From Methylibium sp. (GTDB lineage Bacteria > Pseudomonadota > Gammaproteobacteria > Burkholderiales > Burkholderiaceae_C), in the NCBI RefSeq assembly GCF_965279545.1, contig NZ_OZ257250.1:445005-485004 (forward strand): 40,000 nucleotides of DNA, read 5' to 3'. Both the position numbers and the translations under genes were made by a program. The notes below the pieces were generated by a model that searched no databases, was not told the origin of the DNA, and worked only from the letters and a program-made list of their open reading frames with translations. This document shows, one piece after another, positions 20,144-29,659 of the stretch; position 1 is the stretch's first letter; each line of letters opens with the position of its first letter.

Positions 20144-21130
20144 ATGTCCCGTGGGCCGGCCTACCCCTACGTAAATTTGGGTGACGCGATCACCCTCACT
20201 AGAAAACTCTTCGATTTCGCGAAACGCGGGGCGGCAAACCTCAACGCGGTTCTCAAGGACAAGTGGGACTACAGCCCGACCAGCAGCAGCGCCGGAAAGA
20301 TCGTCGCCGCGCTGAAGTATTACGGTCTGATTGACGTGCTGCCCGCACCGGCCGCTGGGGGCGGTGAATCAATCCGAATCACAGACAGGGCCTACAGAGT
20401 TCTCGTCGACGATGAGAAGTCACCCGAGCGTATCAAGGCGCTAAAGGAAGCGTGCCTCGCTCCCAAGGCATACAACCTTTGTTGGACGACATGGGGGCGC
20501 GATCTTCCTGAATCTATGCGTTCCACCCTCATTTTCAGCCACGGCTTCAATGATTCGACGGTCGACAACTTCTTGACCAACTACAAGAAATCGATTCAGT
20601 TTGCTGGCTTGCTGGAGCCGGAATTAGCAAAAAGCCAAGATCCAGAGCGCGTCGATTCAAAAAAGAACAAACACAACATCGGGGACTACGTACAATGGGA
20701 GCACGAAGGCGTTCTTGGCTTTCCGAAGGCTCTTAGGCTCGTGAAGTTCTCGGACGACGAAGCGTTTGCATGGGTCGAAGGGCACACAACGGGGTTGCCG
20801 GCGCATGAACTGATCGCGGCCGAAGCGCCGCCTATGGTCGTGAACAAGGGCGATACCGCGTCGCGGGTAATCGAAGTCGGCGCGGGCCGCCTTTCGACCA
20901 GCGGTCAGGCCCCCCGCGTGCCCCCACAGAAGGGGAACGGAATGAGACAAGAAGTCTTGTCGCTAGACGAAGGCGAAGTTGTATTGCAGTGGCCGGCCAA
21001 CATCGGTACGAATGGCGTCGCCGACATGGAAGAGTGGGTGAAGTTCCTGCTTAAGCGGCTGCAGCGCTCTTTGAGAGAGACGCCCAACAAGACGGAACCG
21101 TCGGATAGACCCACTGACGCAGCTTCGTGA
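20144..21130 (+). CDS. Hypothetical protein, 328 aa, resembling DUF5343-like wHTH proteins; function unknown
   Basis: MSRGPAYPYVNLGDAITLTRKLFDFAKRGAANLNAVLKDKWDYSPTSSSAGKIVAALKYYGLIDVL...; AAGGAG upstream of the ATG; lower GC than neighbours. Confidence 0.65.
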   Translation: MSRGPAYPYVNLGDAITLTRKLFDFAKRGAANLNAVLKDKWDYSPTSSSAGKIVAALKYYGLIDVLPAPAAGGGESIRITDRAYRVLVDDEKSPERIKALKEACLAPKAYNLCWTTWGRDLPESMRSTLIFSHGFNDSTVDNFLTNYKKSIQFAGLLEPELAKSQDPERVDSKKNKHNIGDYVQWEHEGVLGFPKALRLVKFSDDEAFAWVEGHTTGLPAHELIAAEAPPMVVNKGDTASRVIEVGAGRLSTSGQAPRVPPQKGNGMRQEVLSLDEGEVVLQWPANIGTNGVADMEEWVKFLLKRLQRSLRETPNKTEPSDRPTDAAS

Positions 21131-21139
21131 ATTGAAAGA

Positions 21140-21164
21140 CAAAGGTGCCCATGAGGCGCCTTTG
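21140..21164 (+). terminator. Rho-independent terminator after the 328-aa gene
   Basis: caaaggtgcc-catga-ggcgcctttg followed by cttttc; 10-bp stem with one G-T wobble. Confidence 0.75.
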
Positions 21165-21242
21165 CTTTTCTGGTCTGCCCCGTCAAGTCCATCATTGCCA
21201 AAATAATATTCGCTCTAAGTGACCGGAGCACCACGCTAGTTC

Positions 21243-21476
21243 ATGCTTCTCACCTTGTTCCTCGCGCTGTGTGTGTTCCACATAGCGACCATCATCCTCA
21301 TCAGAGTCACGAGCGGCGACATCTTCGCCAATCTGAAGGCTGATCTTCCAACTGTCATGCGTCGCCTCAAGGAACGCCGGCCGGTTGCTCATCGCGTCTA
21401 CCAGGTGTCGCTCGGCCTTCCACTCGTGTACCTGGTCATGATGGTTGGCGCCAAGTTGCTTGATCTCGCCTTTTAG
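21243..21476 (+). CDS. Small predicted two-TM membrane protein, 77 aa
   Basis: MLLTLFLALCVFHIATIILIRVTSGDIF...VYQVSLGLPLVYLVMMVGAKLLDLAF; ORF only. Confidence 0.45.
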   Translation: MLLTLFLALCVFHIATIILIRVTSGDIFANLKADLPTVMRRLKERRPVAHRVYQVSLGLPLVYLVMMVGAKLLDLAF

Positions 21477-21647
21477 GTCCGTTGAACTTCTTGCAGCGTT
21501 CCCACCGTCATGTGGGGGCACCGGCGCAATGGAAAGCGTGGCCGCGATGGCGAGGTTATGTCGCGGTCCGGTGACGCAGGGGGAGCCCAAGCTGTGTGAA
21601 TGGGTTGGCCAGGCATGGAAGCCAGCCATCTGCGTTGCCGCCCGCCT

Positions 21648-22382
21648 TCAGCCCTCGTCCATCAACTCCATCACGAGCCGGCCGCCGAACACCAGCCCGC
21701 TCGACCCGACCAGCTCCTCGCGCTCCAGCCGCACCAGGCCGACGCCGGGGCAGTACCACTCGCGCGCGACGATGGGCACGTCGCGCCAGCCGCCCACCGA
21801 GCTGGAGAAGATGCGCACCTGGCCATTGCCCTCCGCCTTGGTGCAGCCGCTGTAGCGGCGGCCATCGGACTCCACCGCCGCGTCGACCGCGGTGATGCTG
21901 AACAACATCGGCACCGTGGGGAAGCGGTAGCGCGACTCGCGCGGGTAGTTGGTGTTCTCGAGCAGCAGGTAGGGCGTGGTGTCGGTCTGCCACTGGGTGC
22001 CAACGGTGTAGGGGGCCTTGAGCACGTAGCGGCGCGCGGCGTCGGGCTGCGGTCCGGCGTCGATCTCGCTCTTGCTGGCGACGCGGTAGATGCCGCTGTC
22101 GTCGGCGCGCAGCCAGTAGTCGGCGCCGCCATCGCTGTGGCGATGCCAGGCGGGGCCGGGGTCGGCAGCTTGTTCCACCGTCAGCACGTCCGGGGCAAGG
22201 GTGCGCAGCGTCAGGGTCTCCTGCGCGCGGCTGTTGTCCTCGAGATCGCTGGTCGAGCGGTAGACCCAGGTCCGGCCCGGCTCCAGCGGGAACAGCTTGG
22301 TCGCGGCGGGCGGCTTGCCGCAGCCGCCGAGGAGGGCCGCCAGCAGCGGCAGGCCCAGGGCGAGAGCGCGGCGCATGCTCAT
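21648..22382 (-). CDS. Putative lipoprotein, unknown function (244 aa)
   Basis: MSMRRALALGLPLLAALLGGCGK..., a signal peptide and lipobox LLGGC. ATG at 22382 within ORF 21648..23027. Confidence 0.72.
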   Translation of the reverse strand: MSMRRALALGLPLLAALLGGCGKPPAATKLFPLEPGRTWVYRSTSDLEDNSRAQETLTLRTLAPDVLTVEQAADPGPAWHRHSDGGADYWLRADDSGIYRVASKSEIDAGPQPDAARRYVLKAPYTVGTQWQTDTTPYLLLENTNYPRESRYRFPTVPMLFSITAVDAAVESDGRRYSGCTKAEGNGQVRIFSSSVGGWRDVPIVAREWYCPGVGLVRLEREELVGSSGLVFGGRLVMELMDEG

Positions 22383-22873
22383 TTCTCCGGCAGCTGGGGC
22401 TTGGGCAGGTCGCGGATCTTCACGTCCTGCTCGTCGCGGCCCGGTCGCAACCAGGCCAGGCCCTTGCGGCCAGCCTTGGGCTCCGCGGTGCCGAGCTGGC
22501 TGACGCCCTGACGGGACCTCTTCATGCCCTCGTTCAGCAGTCCGTGCAGGTCCTTGGCGTAGGGCAGCCGGTAGGCACGCGGCTCCAGGGCCGGCTTGCC
22601 GTCCTCGATCGCGTTCAACCAGACGTACAGCGCACCGGGGTGCGAAGCGGTCGGCTCGTCGATCACGGCCGAGAGCAGGACGAAGCGCGGCGGCAGGGCT
22701 TCGGCCGCGGGCAGCCCCCAGACCGCCTGCAGCACCGCGGCGGCGTGGAAGTACAGCACCGTGACGCCGGCGACCAGCAGGCCTTTGAGCCACGCAGGCC
22801 AGCGCGAATAGAACAGCGCGAGGGCAGTCAGCGCGAGCAGGACCGCATAGGTGATGGCGATGGAAAGCGTCAT
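22379..22873 (-). CDS. Hypothetical inner-membrane protein (164 aa)
   Basis: MTLSIAITYAVLLALTALALFYSRWPAWLKGLLVAGVTVLYFHAAAVLQ...; ATGA overlap with the lipoprotein gene. Confidence 0.68.
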   Translation of the reverse strand: MTLSIAITYAVLLALTALALFYSRWPAWLKGLLVAGVTVLYFHAAAVLQAVWGLPAAEALPPRFVLLSAVIDEPTASHPGALYVWLNAIEDGKPALEPRAYRLPYAKDLHGLLNEGMKRSRQGVSQLGTAEPKAGRKGLAWLRPGRDEQDVKIRDLPKPQLPEK

Positions 22874-22887
22874 GGCAAGGGGGCGGG

Positions 22888-23493
22888 TCAGAGTTGCTGC
22901 ACCAGGGTCTTGGGCAGGGTGTTGATGTTCGCGACGCTGCCGTCGGGCTGCACGGTGAAGCGCAGTGCCGTGGCCTCGTCGCCTTTGCGCGCGAGCTTGA
23001 CGGTGCCGTAGTACGCGACCTCGGCACGCGGGTTGACCTTCACGAGCGACACCGTCGCCTCGACGGGCTCGCCGTTCTTGCTCTCGTAGTACTGCACGTT
23101 GACCGTGTACTCGCCGGGCGCGACGCCTCTGAGCGTGACCACCTCCTGGTTCAGCGGGTTCACGATCTGCTTGCCGTTGACGACGATGGTGTCGTTCGCG
23201 AGGCCGCGGTCGTCGCGGTCGAGGTGCATCAAGCCCGCTTCGCGCGCACGGAACCACACCAGCTCGCCGTTGGGGTCCTGCACCCAGGTGTCGAGGTCGT
23301 TCGGGTTGTAGTCGGGCCAGCTGACGGTGATGATGAACTCCGCCTTGGCCGGGATGTCGCCGGCCTTGAGCGCCTTCGGGTTCATCGCCAGCAGCGCGAT
23401 GATGAAACAGAAGACGAAGGCGATCAGCATGTTGAACAACATGTCGTAGAACGGGTCGACCTCGACCTCGCGGGTACGACGATGTCGGCTCAT
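22888..23493 (-). CDS. ExbD-like single-TM protein with extended periplasmic domain (201 aa)
   Basis: EVEVDPFYDMLFNMLIAFVFCFIIALLAMNPKALKAGDIPAKAEFIITVSWPDYNPNDLDTWVQDPNGELVWF... Confidence 0.65.
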   Translation of the reverse strand: MSRHRRTREVEVDPFYDMLFNMLIAFVFCFIIALLAMNPKALKAGDIPAKAEFIITVSWPDYNPNDLDTWVQDPNGELVWFRAREAGLMHLDRDDRGLANDTIVVNGKQIVNPLNQEVVTLRGVAPGEYTVNVQYYESKNGEPVEATVSLVKVNPRAEVAYYGTVKLARKGDEATALRFTVQPDGSVANINTLPKTLVQQL

Positions 23494-24203
23494 GCCTTCG
23501 TCCCGGGCGCCGGCCCGCCGTCACGTGCGCCGTGAGTCAGCCCGTGGCGCTGTGCATCGGCGACCAGCGCATCGGCATAGCGGTCCAGGCGCGTCAGCTG
23601 CAGCCCGAGCAGGATGTTGCCGACCAGGCCGACCATCGTGGTCAGCAGCGCGATGCCCAGGCCCGAGGTCAGGCTCTTGAGCAAGGCCTGGGACTGCGCG
23701 GCGTCGAAGCTTTCGGTGTGGCCGATCTGGATCGCGAGGATCGAGAAGCCGATCACCTTGCCGAGCAGGCCGAGCTTGAGCTGGATGCCGTTGACCCACC
23801 ACGCGGTGGCGTGCGGGCCATGGGTCTGCTCCATCAGCACGTCCAGCGGCGCGTCGAAGTCGGTCGGTCGCTGCGCGAGGGCCGCCCAGTAGTCGGCCAC
23901 CCATCCGGCGCCGTCGCGCCGGCCGGTGGTGACCGCATGGTGCAGCGCGGCGCGCTGCTGCTGCAGTTCGCGCGCGCGCCGCCCGGCCCAGAAGGACGCG
24001 GCGACGAAGACCACCAGGATGACCAGCGTCAGTCCGGTCGGGTCGGAGCTCAGTAGCAGGCCCCACACGCCGCGCACGCCGAGCAGCCAGGTGCCGAAGC
24101 CCAGCAGTCCGACCAAGGCCAGCCACTCGAGCCAGATCGGCTCGGGCAGCGTGCTGCCGCGCAGCGCAGCGCCGGTGCGGCGGTTGTCGGTGGCGGCCGT
24201 CAT
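23490..24203 (-). CDS. MotA/TolQ/ExbB proton-channel family-like protein
   Basis: Predicted TM segments, VNGIQLKLGLLGKVIGFSILAIQIG...ALLKSLTSGLGIALLTTMVGLVGNILLGLQLTRLDRYADALV; ATGA overlap with the ExbD-like gene. Confidence 0.75.
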   Translation of the reverse strand: MTAATDNRRTGAALRGSTLPEPIWLEWLALVGLLGFGTWLLGVRGVWGLLLSSDPTGLTLVILVVFVAASFWAGRRARELQQQRAALHHAVTTGRRDGAGWVADYWAALAQRPTDFDAPLDVLMEQTHGPHATAWWVNGIQLKLGLLGKVIGFSILAIQIGHTESFDAAQSQALLKSLTSGLGIALLTTMVGLVGNILLGLQLTRLDRYADALVADAQRHGLTHGARDGGPAPGTKA

Positions 24204-24414
24204 GCGCCGCCGCCGCAGCGTGACGATGGCCCACATCGCGTGGGCATTGGGGCCCGGTGTTGCCGGGCGAACTTCGACCGCATGGCTGCCTCCGTGTCGG
24301 TTGGACGTCCCGACCGTCGGCGGCAGGCCGGACCGACGGTGCTGAGGGGGTGAATTCGTTGCCGATGTTAGACAGGCTGCGCGCTTTGGCGCAGGGCAGT
24401 TTGCCCGCCGTGGG

Positions 24415-25218
24415 TCAGGCGCCGCCGCCGCGCTTGGCGAGCTGCCCGAAGCCGCGCTGCGGGTCGTAGCCCCAGCACGCCAGCGCGAAGAAGACCGCGA
24501 GGCAGCCGAGCACCACCCAGGGTGCTGCTCCGGGGTCCTGGCCGTACAGCGCGAGGCGGATCCATTCGACGGCGTGCGTGAAGGGGTTGAGGCGGGCCAC
24601 CTGGTGGATCCACCCGGTGCCCGACGCCTGCAGCTGCGGCAGCGGGTAGAGCGCGGTCGACAGGAAGTACATCGGGAAGATGACGAAGTTCATCGTGCCG
24701 GCGAAGTTCTCCAGCTGCTTGATGTGCACCGACAGCAGCAAGCCGACCGCGCCGAGCATCAGCGCACCGGCCAGCAGCGCCCCCAGGGCATGCAGGCCGC
24801 CCCACGACGCGACCGGCAGGTCGGTGCCGATCAGCAGCGCCACCGCCACGAAGGCCAGCGCCTGCAGCGCCGACAGCAGCGCCGTCGCGCACAGCTTGCA
24901 GAACAGCAGCCACGGCCGCGGCAGCGGCGCGGTGAGCAGCAGGCGCATCAGGCCCATCTCGCGGTCGTAGACCATCGACAGCGAGGACTGCATGCCGTTG
25001 AACAGCAGCACCATGCCGACCAGGCCGGGCACGATGTAGACGTCGTAGGGTTGCTGCAAGCTCGCGTCGGCGACGTGGCGAAAGCCGGCGGCGAACACGG
25101 CCAGCCAGAGCAGCGGCCGCACCAGGGCCGACACCCACCGGCCGGTCTGCTGCGAGAACTTCAGCAGTTCGCGCATCACGATGGCCCGAAGCGCCTGCAG
25201 CGCATGCCGGGCTCTCAT
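24415..25218 (-). CDS. ABC-2 type transporter permease (267 aa), PQQ-associated
   Basis: MRARHALQALRAIVMRELLKFSQQTGRWVSALVRPLLWLAVFAAGF...GTMNFVIFPMYFLSTALYPL. ATG at 25218 within ORF 24415..25989. Confidence 0.87.
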   Translation of the reverse strand: MRARHALQALRAIVMRELLKFSQQTGRWVSALVRPLLWLAVFAAGFRHVADASLQQPYDVYIVPGLVGMVLLFNGMQSSLSMVYDREMGLMRLLLTAPLPRPWLLFCKLCATALLSALQALAFVAVALLIGTDLPVASWGGLHALGALLAGALMLGAVGLLLSVHIKQLENFAGTMNFVIFPMYFLSTALYPLPQLQASGTGWIHQVARLNPFTHAVEWIRLALYGQDPGAAPWVVLGCLAVFFALACWGYDPQRGFGQLAKRGGGA

Positions 25219-25964
25219 CGGCGCTCCCGGGGCGCTGCGGCATCGGCGCTGCCGCTGGTGCGCGCGATGAAGCCCTGCTCCAGCGTCGGCTCGCCGAGCG
25301 CCGCCGTCACCGCGGCGGGCGTGCCGTCGGCCAGCAGCTCGCCCTGGTGCAGCACCAGCACCCGGTCGGCCGGCGCGGCCTCCTCGACCCAGTGCGTGGC
25401 CCACAGCACGCACACGCCGCGCGTTCGCACGTCCTCGCGCAGGGCGGCGAGCAGGTCGTGGCGCGACTTCGGGTCCAGGCCGACGGTGGCCTCGTCCATC
25501 AGCAGCACGGCGGGGCGGTGCAGGCCGGCCCGCACCAGCTCGACCTTGCGGCGGTTGCCCCCCGACAGCTCGCGCACCTTGCGGTCGAGCTCGGCGCCGA
25601 GGCCGAAGCGCGCACCGTCGGTGGCGATGCGCTCGTTGGCGAGGGCGCGCGGCAGGCCGTGCAGGTCGGCGTGAAACAGCAGGTTGCGGCGCACGCTCAG
25701 GTCCAGGTCGAGCGAGATCTGCTGGAACACCACACCGATGTTGCGCAGCGCCGCAGGGGCGTCGTGGCGCAGCGAGTGGCCGGCGACTTCGACCTCGCCC
25801 TCGTCGGCCGCGAACAGGCCCGTCAGCACCTGGAACAGCGTGGACTTGCCGGCGCCGTTCGGACCGAGCAAGGCGGTGAATTCGCCGGGGCGCAGCGTGA
25901 GCGTGAGGGACTTCAGGGCCGTGCGCTCGCCGTAGCGCTTGGTCAGCCCGCGCACGCTCAGCAT
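25215..25964 (-). CDS. ABC transporter ATP-binding protein
   Basis: LLGPNGAGKSTLFQVLTGL, VRELSGGNRRKVELVRA, VLLMDEATVGLDPKSR; ATGA overlap with the permease. Confidence 0.92.
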   Translation of the reverse strand: MLSVRGLTKRYGERTALKSLTLTLRPGEFTALLGPNGAGKSTLFQVLTGLFAADEGEVEVAGHSLRHDAPAALRNIGVVFQQISLDLDLSVRRNLLFHADLHGLPRALANERIATDGARFGLGAELDRKVRELSGGNRRKVELVRAGLHRPAVLLMDEATVGLDPKSRHDLLAALREDVRTRGVCVLWATHWVEEAAPADRVLVLHQGELLADGTPAAVTAALGEPTLEQGFIARTSGSADAAAPRERR

Positions 25965-26025
25965 CGCGAGGCGACCTCCCGGCGGGCACCGGTCCCCGGG
26001 CGGCCGGTGTCGACGGCCCGGTGCA

Positions 26026-27297
26026 TCACCGGGTCTCGACGGCAGCCGGCTCGGCGCAGTGCCGGGCGTCGCGCCCGTCGTCGGACAGCGTGCGCGAGTT
26101 CGCGTCGGAGCGGTACCACAGGCTGCCGCTGCGCGCCGCGCCCGGCACGAAGCGCAGCGGCTGGGCGGCGACGGTCGGTATGTTCTTCGCGTCCTGCACC
26201 GCGGCGTCGAGCGTGGCGTCGATCAGGTGGCGGTCGGGGCTCTTCGGGCACACCGGATCGGTGGCCGCCGCATCGCCGGTGACGAGGAAGGCCTGGCAGC
26301 GGCAGCCGCCGTGGTCGATCGGGTGCTGGTCGCAGGACAGGCAGGTCTCGCTCATCCACGAGGTGCCGCGGTAGCGGTTGAAGGCGTCGCTGTCGCGCCA
26401 GATGCTCGCGATGCTGTGCTCGGTGACCTTGGGGAAATCGAAGCCGGGCAGCATGCGCGCGCTGTGGCAGGGCAGTGCCGTGCCGTCGGGTGCGATCACC
26501 ATGAACACCGCGCCCCAGCCGGCCATGCAGGGCTTGGGCTTGGCGTCGACGTAGTCGGGCGAGACCCACAGGATCTTCATGCGCCCGGCCAGCCGCTGGC
26601 GGTGGCTGTCGACGATCGCCTCGGCATCGCGCAGGTCGTCGGGCGTGGGCATCAGCGCGGCGCGGTTCAGCCAGGCCCAGCCGTAGTACTGGGTGTTCGC
26701 CAGTTCCAGGAACTCGGCGCCCATGCGCTCGGCCATGTCGATGATGCGGCCCACGTGCGGCAGGTTGTAGCGGTGCATCACGCAGTTGAGCACCATCGGG
26801 TAGCCGAGCGACTTGATGATCGCGGCCACCTTGTTCTTGTGCTCGAAGGTGCGCGTCGACGACAGGAAATCGTTCAGCTCCTTGGTCGAGTCCTGGAAAC
26901 TGAGCTGGATGTGGTCCAGCCCGGCGTCCTTCAGCGCGCGCGCGCGCTTCTCGGTCAGGCCGATGCCGGAGGTGATGAGGTTGGTGTAGTAGCCGAGCTG
27001 GCGCGCCTCGGCGACCAGCTCTTCGAGGTCGTCGCGCAGCAGCGGCTCGCCGCCGGAGAAGCCGAGCTGCACCGCGCCCATCTTGCGGGCCTCGCGGAAC
27101 ACGCGCTTCCAGTCTTCCGTGCCGATCTCGCTCATGTGGGCGGCGTAGTCGGTCGGGTTGGAGCAGAACACGCAGTGCAGCGGGCAGCTGTAGGTCAGCT
27201 CCGCGAGCAGCCACATCGGCGCGCCGGGCGCAGACCGGAGCTGGCCCGAGGGCACGCCCATGTCGTGCACTTCCTCAGACGATCCAGTTGCGTTCAT
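26026..27297 (-). CDS. pqqE: PQQ biosynthesis radical-SAM protein PqqE
   Basis: PMWLLAELTYSCPLHCVFCSNPTDYA (CxxxCxxC), LGFSGGEPLLRDDLEEL, C-terminal SPASM cysteines CLSCDQHPIDHGGCRCQAF...C. Confidence 0.95.
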   Translation of the reverse strand: MNATGSSEEVHDMGVPSGQLRSAPGAPMWLLAELTYSCPLHCVFCSNPTDYAAHMSEIGTEDWKRVFREARKMGAVQLGFSGGEPLLRDDLEELVAEARQLGYYTNLITSGIGLTEKRARALKDAGLDHIQLSFQDSTKELNDFLSSTRTFEHKNKVAAIIKSLGYPMVLNCVMHRYNLPHVGRIIDMAERMGAEFLELANTQYYGWAWLNRAALMPTPDDLRDAEAIVDSHRQRLAGRMKILWVSPDYVDAKPKPCMAGWGAVFMVIAPDGTALPCHSARMLPGFDFPKVTEHSIASIWRDSDAFNRYRGTSWMSETCLSCDQHPIDHGGCRCQAFLVTGDAAATDPVCPKSPDRHLIDATLDAAVQDAKNIPTVAAQPLRFVPGAARSGSLWYRSDANSRTLSDDGRDARHCAEPAAVETR

Positions 27298-27544
27298 AGG
27301 CGCTTTGCAAGAACTCGTTCACATCGGCGCGCAGGTCGGTCTGGCCGAAGGCGCGCTCGAGGTCGGCAGTGATGTCGGTCACGCTGGCCTGGCCGTCGCA
27401 GCGCTTGAGGATTTCCGTGGCCGGTACGTTGAGCTTGACCAGGCCCTCGGGGTAGAGCAGCACCCAGCAGTCCTGCGCCGGCTCGAACTGCAGGCGGTAC
27501 ATCGGCGCGAGGCGCGGGCAGGCGGTGTCGGTGACGGCGCTCAT
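27275..27544 (-). CDS. pqqD: PQQ biosynthesis peptide chaperone PqqD
   Basis: 89 aa: LAPMYRLQFEPAQDCWVLLYPEGLVKLNVPATEILKRCDGQASVTDITADLE; overlaps pqqE. Confidence 0.93.
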   Translation of the reverse strand: MSAVTDTACPRLAPMYRLQFEPAQDCWVLLYPEGLVKLNVPATEILKRCDGQASVTDITADLERAFGQTDLRADVNEFLQSAYERNWIV

Positions 27545-27599
27545 TGGGCCCCTCCGTGCTGCGCACTCCGGTATTCGCCCTTGGGACGGCCCGGCGCGC

Positions 27600-28334
27600 T
27601 CATGGTCGGCGGTCCTCGGTCAGGTCGTCGGGGTAGGCGCGCTCGACGGCGTCGAGCATCGACCACAGCACGTCGAGCTTGAACTGCAGGATCTCGATCG
27701 CGCGCTCCTGCTTCGCGCGGGTGTCGCCGAACGCGATGGCGACCTCGAGCCCGTGCTCCACGTCGCGCTGCGCCAGCGGGATGCGGCTGCGGAAATAGGC
27801 CAGGCCCTCGGCGGCGATCCACGGGTACATGCTGGGCCAGCCGGCCAGCCGGTCGGCGTGGATCTTGGGTGCGAACATCTCGGTCAGCGAGGAGATCACG
27901 CCCTCGCGCCAGGGCGCACGGCGCGCGAAGTTCACGTAGGCGTCGACCGCGAAGCGCACGCCGGGCTGCACGTGGCGGTGCGACCACAGGTCCTCGCGGC
28001 TCAGGCCGACGGCCAGCCCCAGGCGTGTCCAGGTTTCGATGCCGCCGGCGTTGGGGCCTTCATGATCGCCATGGCCGTCGTGGTCGAGGATGCGATCGAT
28101 CCAGCGGCGCCGCGTGGCGCGGTCCTCGCAGTTGGCCATCACCGCGGCGTCCTTCATCGGGATCGCCTGCTGGTAGTAGAAGCGGTTGGCGACCCAGCCG
28201 CGCACCTGGAAGGGCTGCAGGGCACCGCTGTTGAGCCGCTTGTTGAAGGCGTGGTGGATGTGATAGCCGGACTCCTTGGCACGCAGGCGCGCCTCGAACT
28301 CCGCGGGTGACCAGGGCAGCAGGGCGGTACTCAC
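27600..28334 (-). CDS. pqqC: Pyrroloquinoline-quinone synthase PqqC
   Basis: 244 aa: [64 protein letters not shown]... Confidence 0.95.
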   Translation of the reverse strand: MSTALLPWSPAEFEARLRAKESGYHIHHAFNKRLNSGALQPFQVRGWVANRFYYQQAIPMKDAAVMANCEDRATRRRWIDRILDHDGHGDHEGPNAGGIETWTRLGLAVGLSREDLWSHRHVQPGVRFAVDAYVNFARRAPWREGVISSLTEMFAPKIHADRLAGWPSMYPWIAAEGLAYFRSRIPLAQRDVEHGLEVAIAFGDTRAKQERAIEILQFKLDVLWSMLDAVERAYPDDLTEDRRP

Positions 28335-28440
28335 AGCACGTGGTCTCCGTCGTGTTGAAGCCGATCGACGGCCTGGCGGTCGACCACCGGCGCTGTTCGC
28401 TCGCTTCGATCCCCGCTGCGCGGGGCCCCTCTTGCGCGGC

Positions 28441-29373
28441 TCACAGCACGATCTCCATGCCGTCGTGCGCGACCTCGATGCCGCGGCGTGCGAGCTCGGC
28501 GCGTTCGAGGCCGTGGTCGTCGAGGATCGGGTTGCTGTTGTTGATGTGGATCAGCAGCTTGCGGCGGGCCTGCGTGCGGTCCAGCGCGTCCATCATGCCG
28601 GCGCGCTGCGGCGAACTGCTCTGCGGCAGGTGCCCCATGTCGGCGGCGAGCTTGCTGCCGAGGCCGGCCTGTACCATCTCGTCCTCGGTCCAGAAGGTGC
28701 CGTCGACGAGCAGGCAGTCGGCGTTGCGCATCCACTCGAGTTCGACGTCGCCCACGTCGGCCAGGCCCGGCGCATAGAACAGCCGCTTGCCCGACAGGCG
28801 GTCGGTGACTTCCAGCGCGATGTTGTCGCCGACCTTCGGGTCGTGCCGGTGCGGCGAATAGGGCGGCGCCTTGCCGGGGATCGCGACCGCCCGAAAACGC
28901 AGCGTCTCGAAGCCGTCGATGACGAACTCGGCCATGCGCTGCTCGCCCGCGACCGGCAGCATGTGCCAGCGCACGCCGCAGTAGTGGTCGAGCACGGTGA
29001 GGATCGGCAGGCCGGTGGTCAGGTCCTCGAACACGCAGGGCGTGACGTAGAGCTCGATCGGCGGCCCTTCGCGCAGGCTCAGCAATCCGGTCGCGTGGTC
29101 GATCTGCGCGTCCATCAGCACCACGGCCTTGATCGGCGAGTCGCGCAGGCCGTGCTTCGGCTGCAGTGCCGGCTGCAGGCGCAGCTGCTGGCCGATGTCG
29201 GGCGACGCATTCAGCAGCACCCAGCGCTGGCCGTCCGGCGAGATCGCGATCGAACTCTGCGTGCGTGGGCGGATCAGCCGCGAGCCGTTGCGCGCGGCCG
29301 CGCACATCGTGCAGTTGCAGTTCCACTGCGGGCAGCCGCCTCCCGCGCCGGAGCCGAGCACCAGGACCTTCAC
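28441..29373 (-). CDS. pqqB: PQQ biosynthesis protein PqqB (metallo-beta-lactamase fold)
   Basis: 310 aa: [30 protein letters not shown]...[20 protein letters not shown]. Confidence 0.95.
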   Translation of the reverse strand: MKVLVLGSGAGGGCPQWNCNCTMCAAARNGSRLIRPRTQSSIAISPDGQRWVLLNASPDIGQQLRLQPALQPKHGLRDSPIKAVVLMDAQIDHATGLLSLREGPPIELYVTPCVFEDLTTGLPILTVLDHYCGVRWHMLPVAGEQRMAEFVIDGFETLRFRAVAIPGKAPPYSPHRHDPKVGDNIALEVTDRLSGKRLFYAPGLADVGDVELEWMRNADCLLVDGTFWTEDEMVQAGLGSKLAADMGHLPQSSSPQRAGMMDALDRTQARRKLLIHINNSNPILDDHGLERAELARRGIEVAHDGMEIVL

Positions 29374-29659
29374 TGCGCACTCCGGCGTCTGTCGCGCCGG
29401 TCGATCATCACCAACATCGCTTCCCCTCGTCGTCTTCAGTCCCGCGCGAAATCACGCACACTGCGGGCTCGCAACCGAACGCTACCCGTGCCCTTGCGGT
29501 AACGCCAGCCCGTCATGATTTTCTTCCGAGCCACGCATGGGGCCTTGCGCATGCCGCGCAGGGCGTCCGTGTTACGGCAGCTTGCCCGGCGGTCGTCTCT
29601 CCACCGGCGCCTGGAGGTTCACGCACGGTGCGCGGTGGCCGCAACCCCGCATTGACCCT

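Noticed and set aside
20144-21130. Defence-system candidate in the AT-richer insert
   Set aside because: Only a weak wHTH-like resemblance; no nuclease, NTPase or toxin motif and no partner gene. The evidence does not support a defence call.
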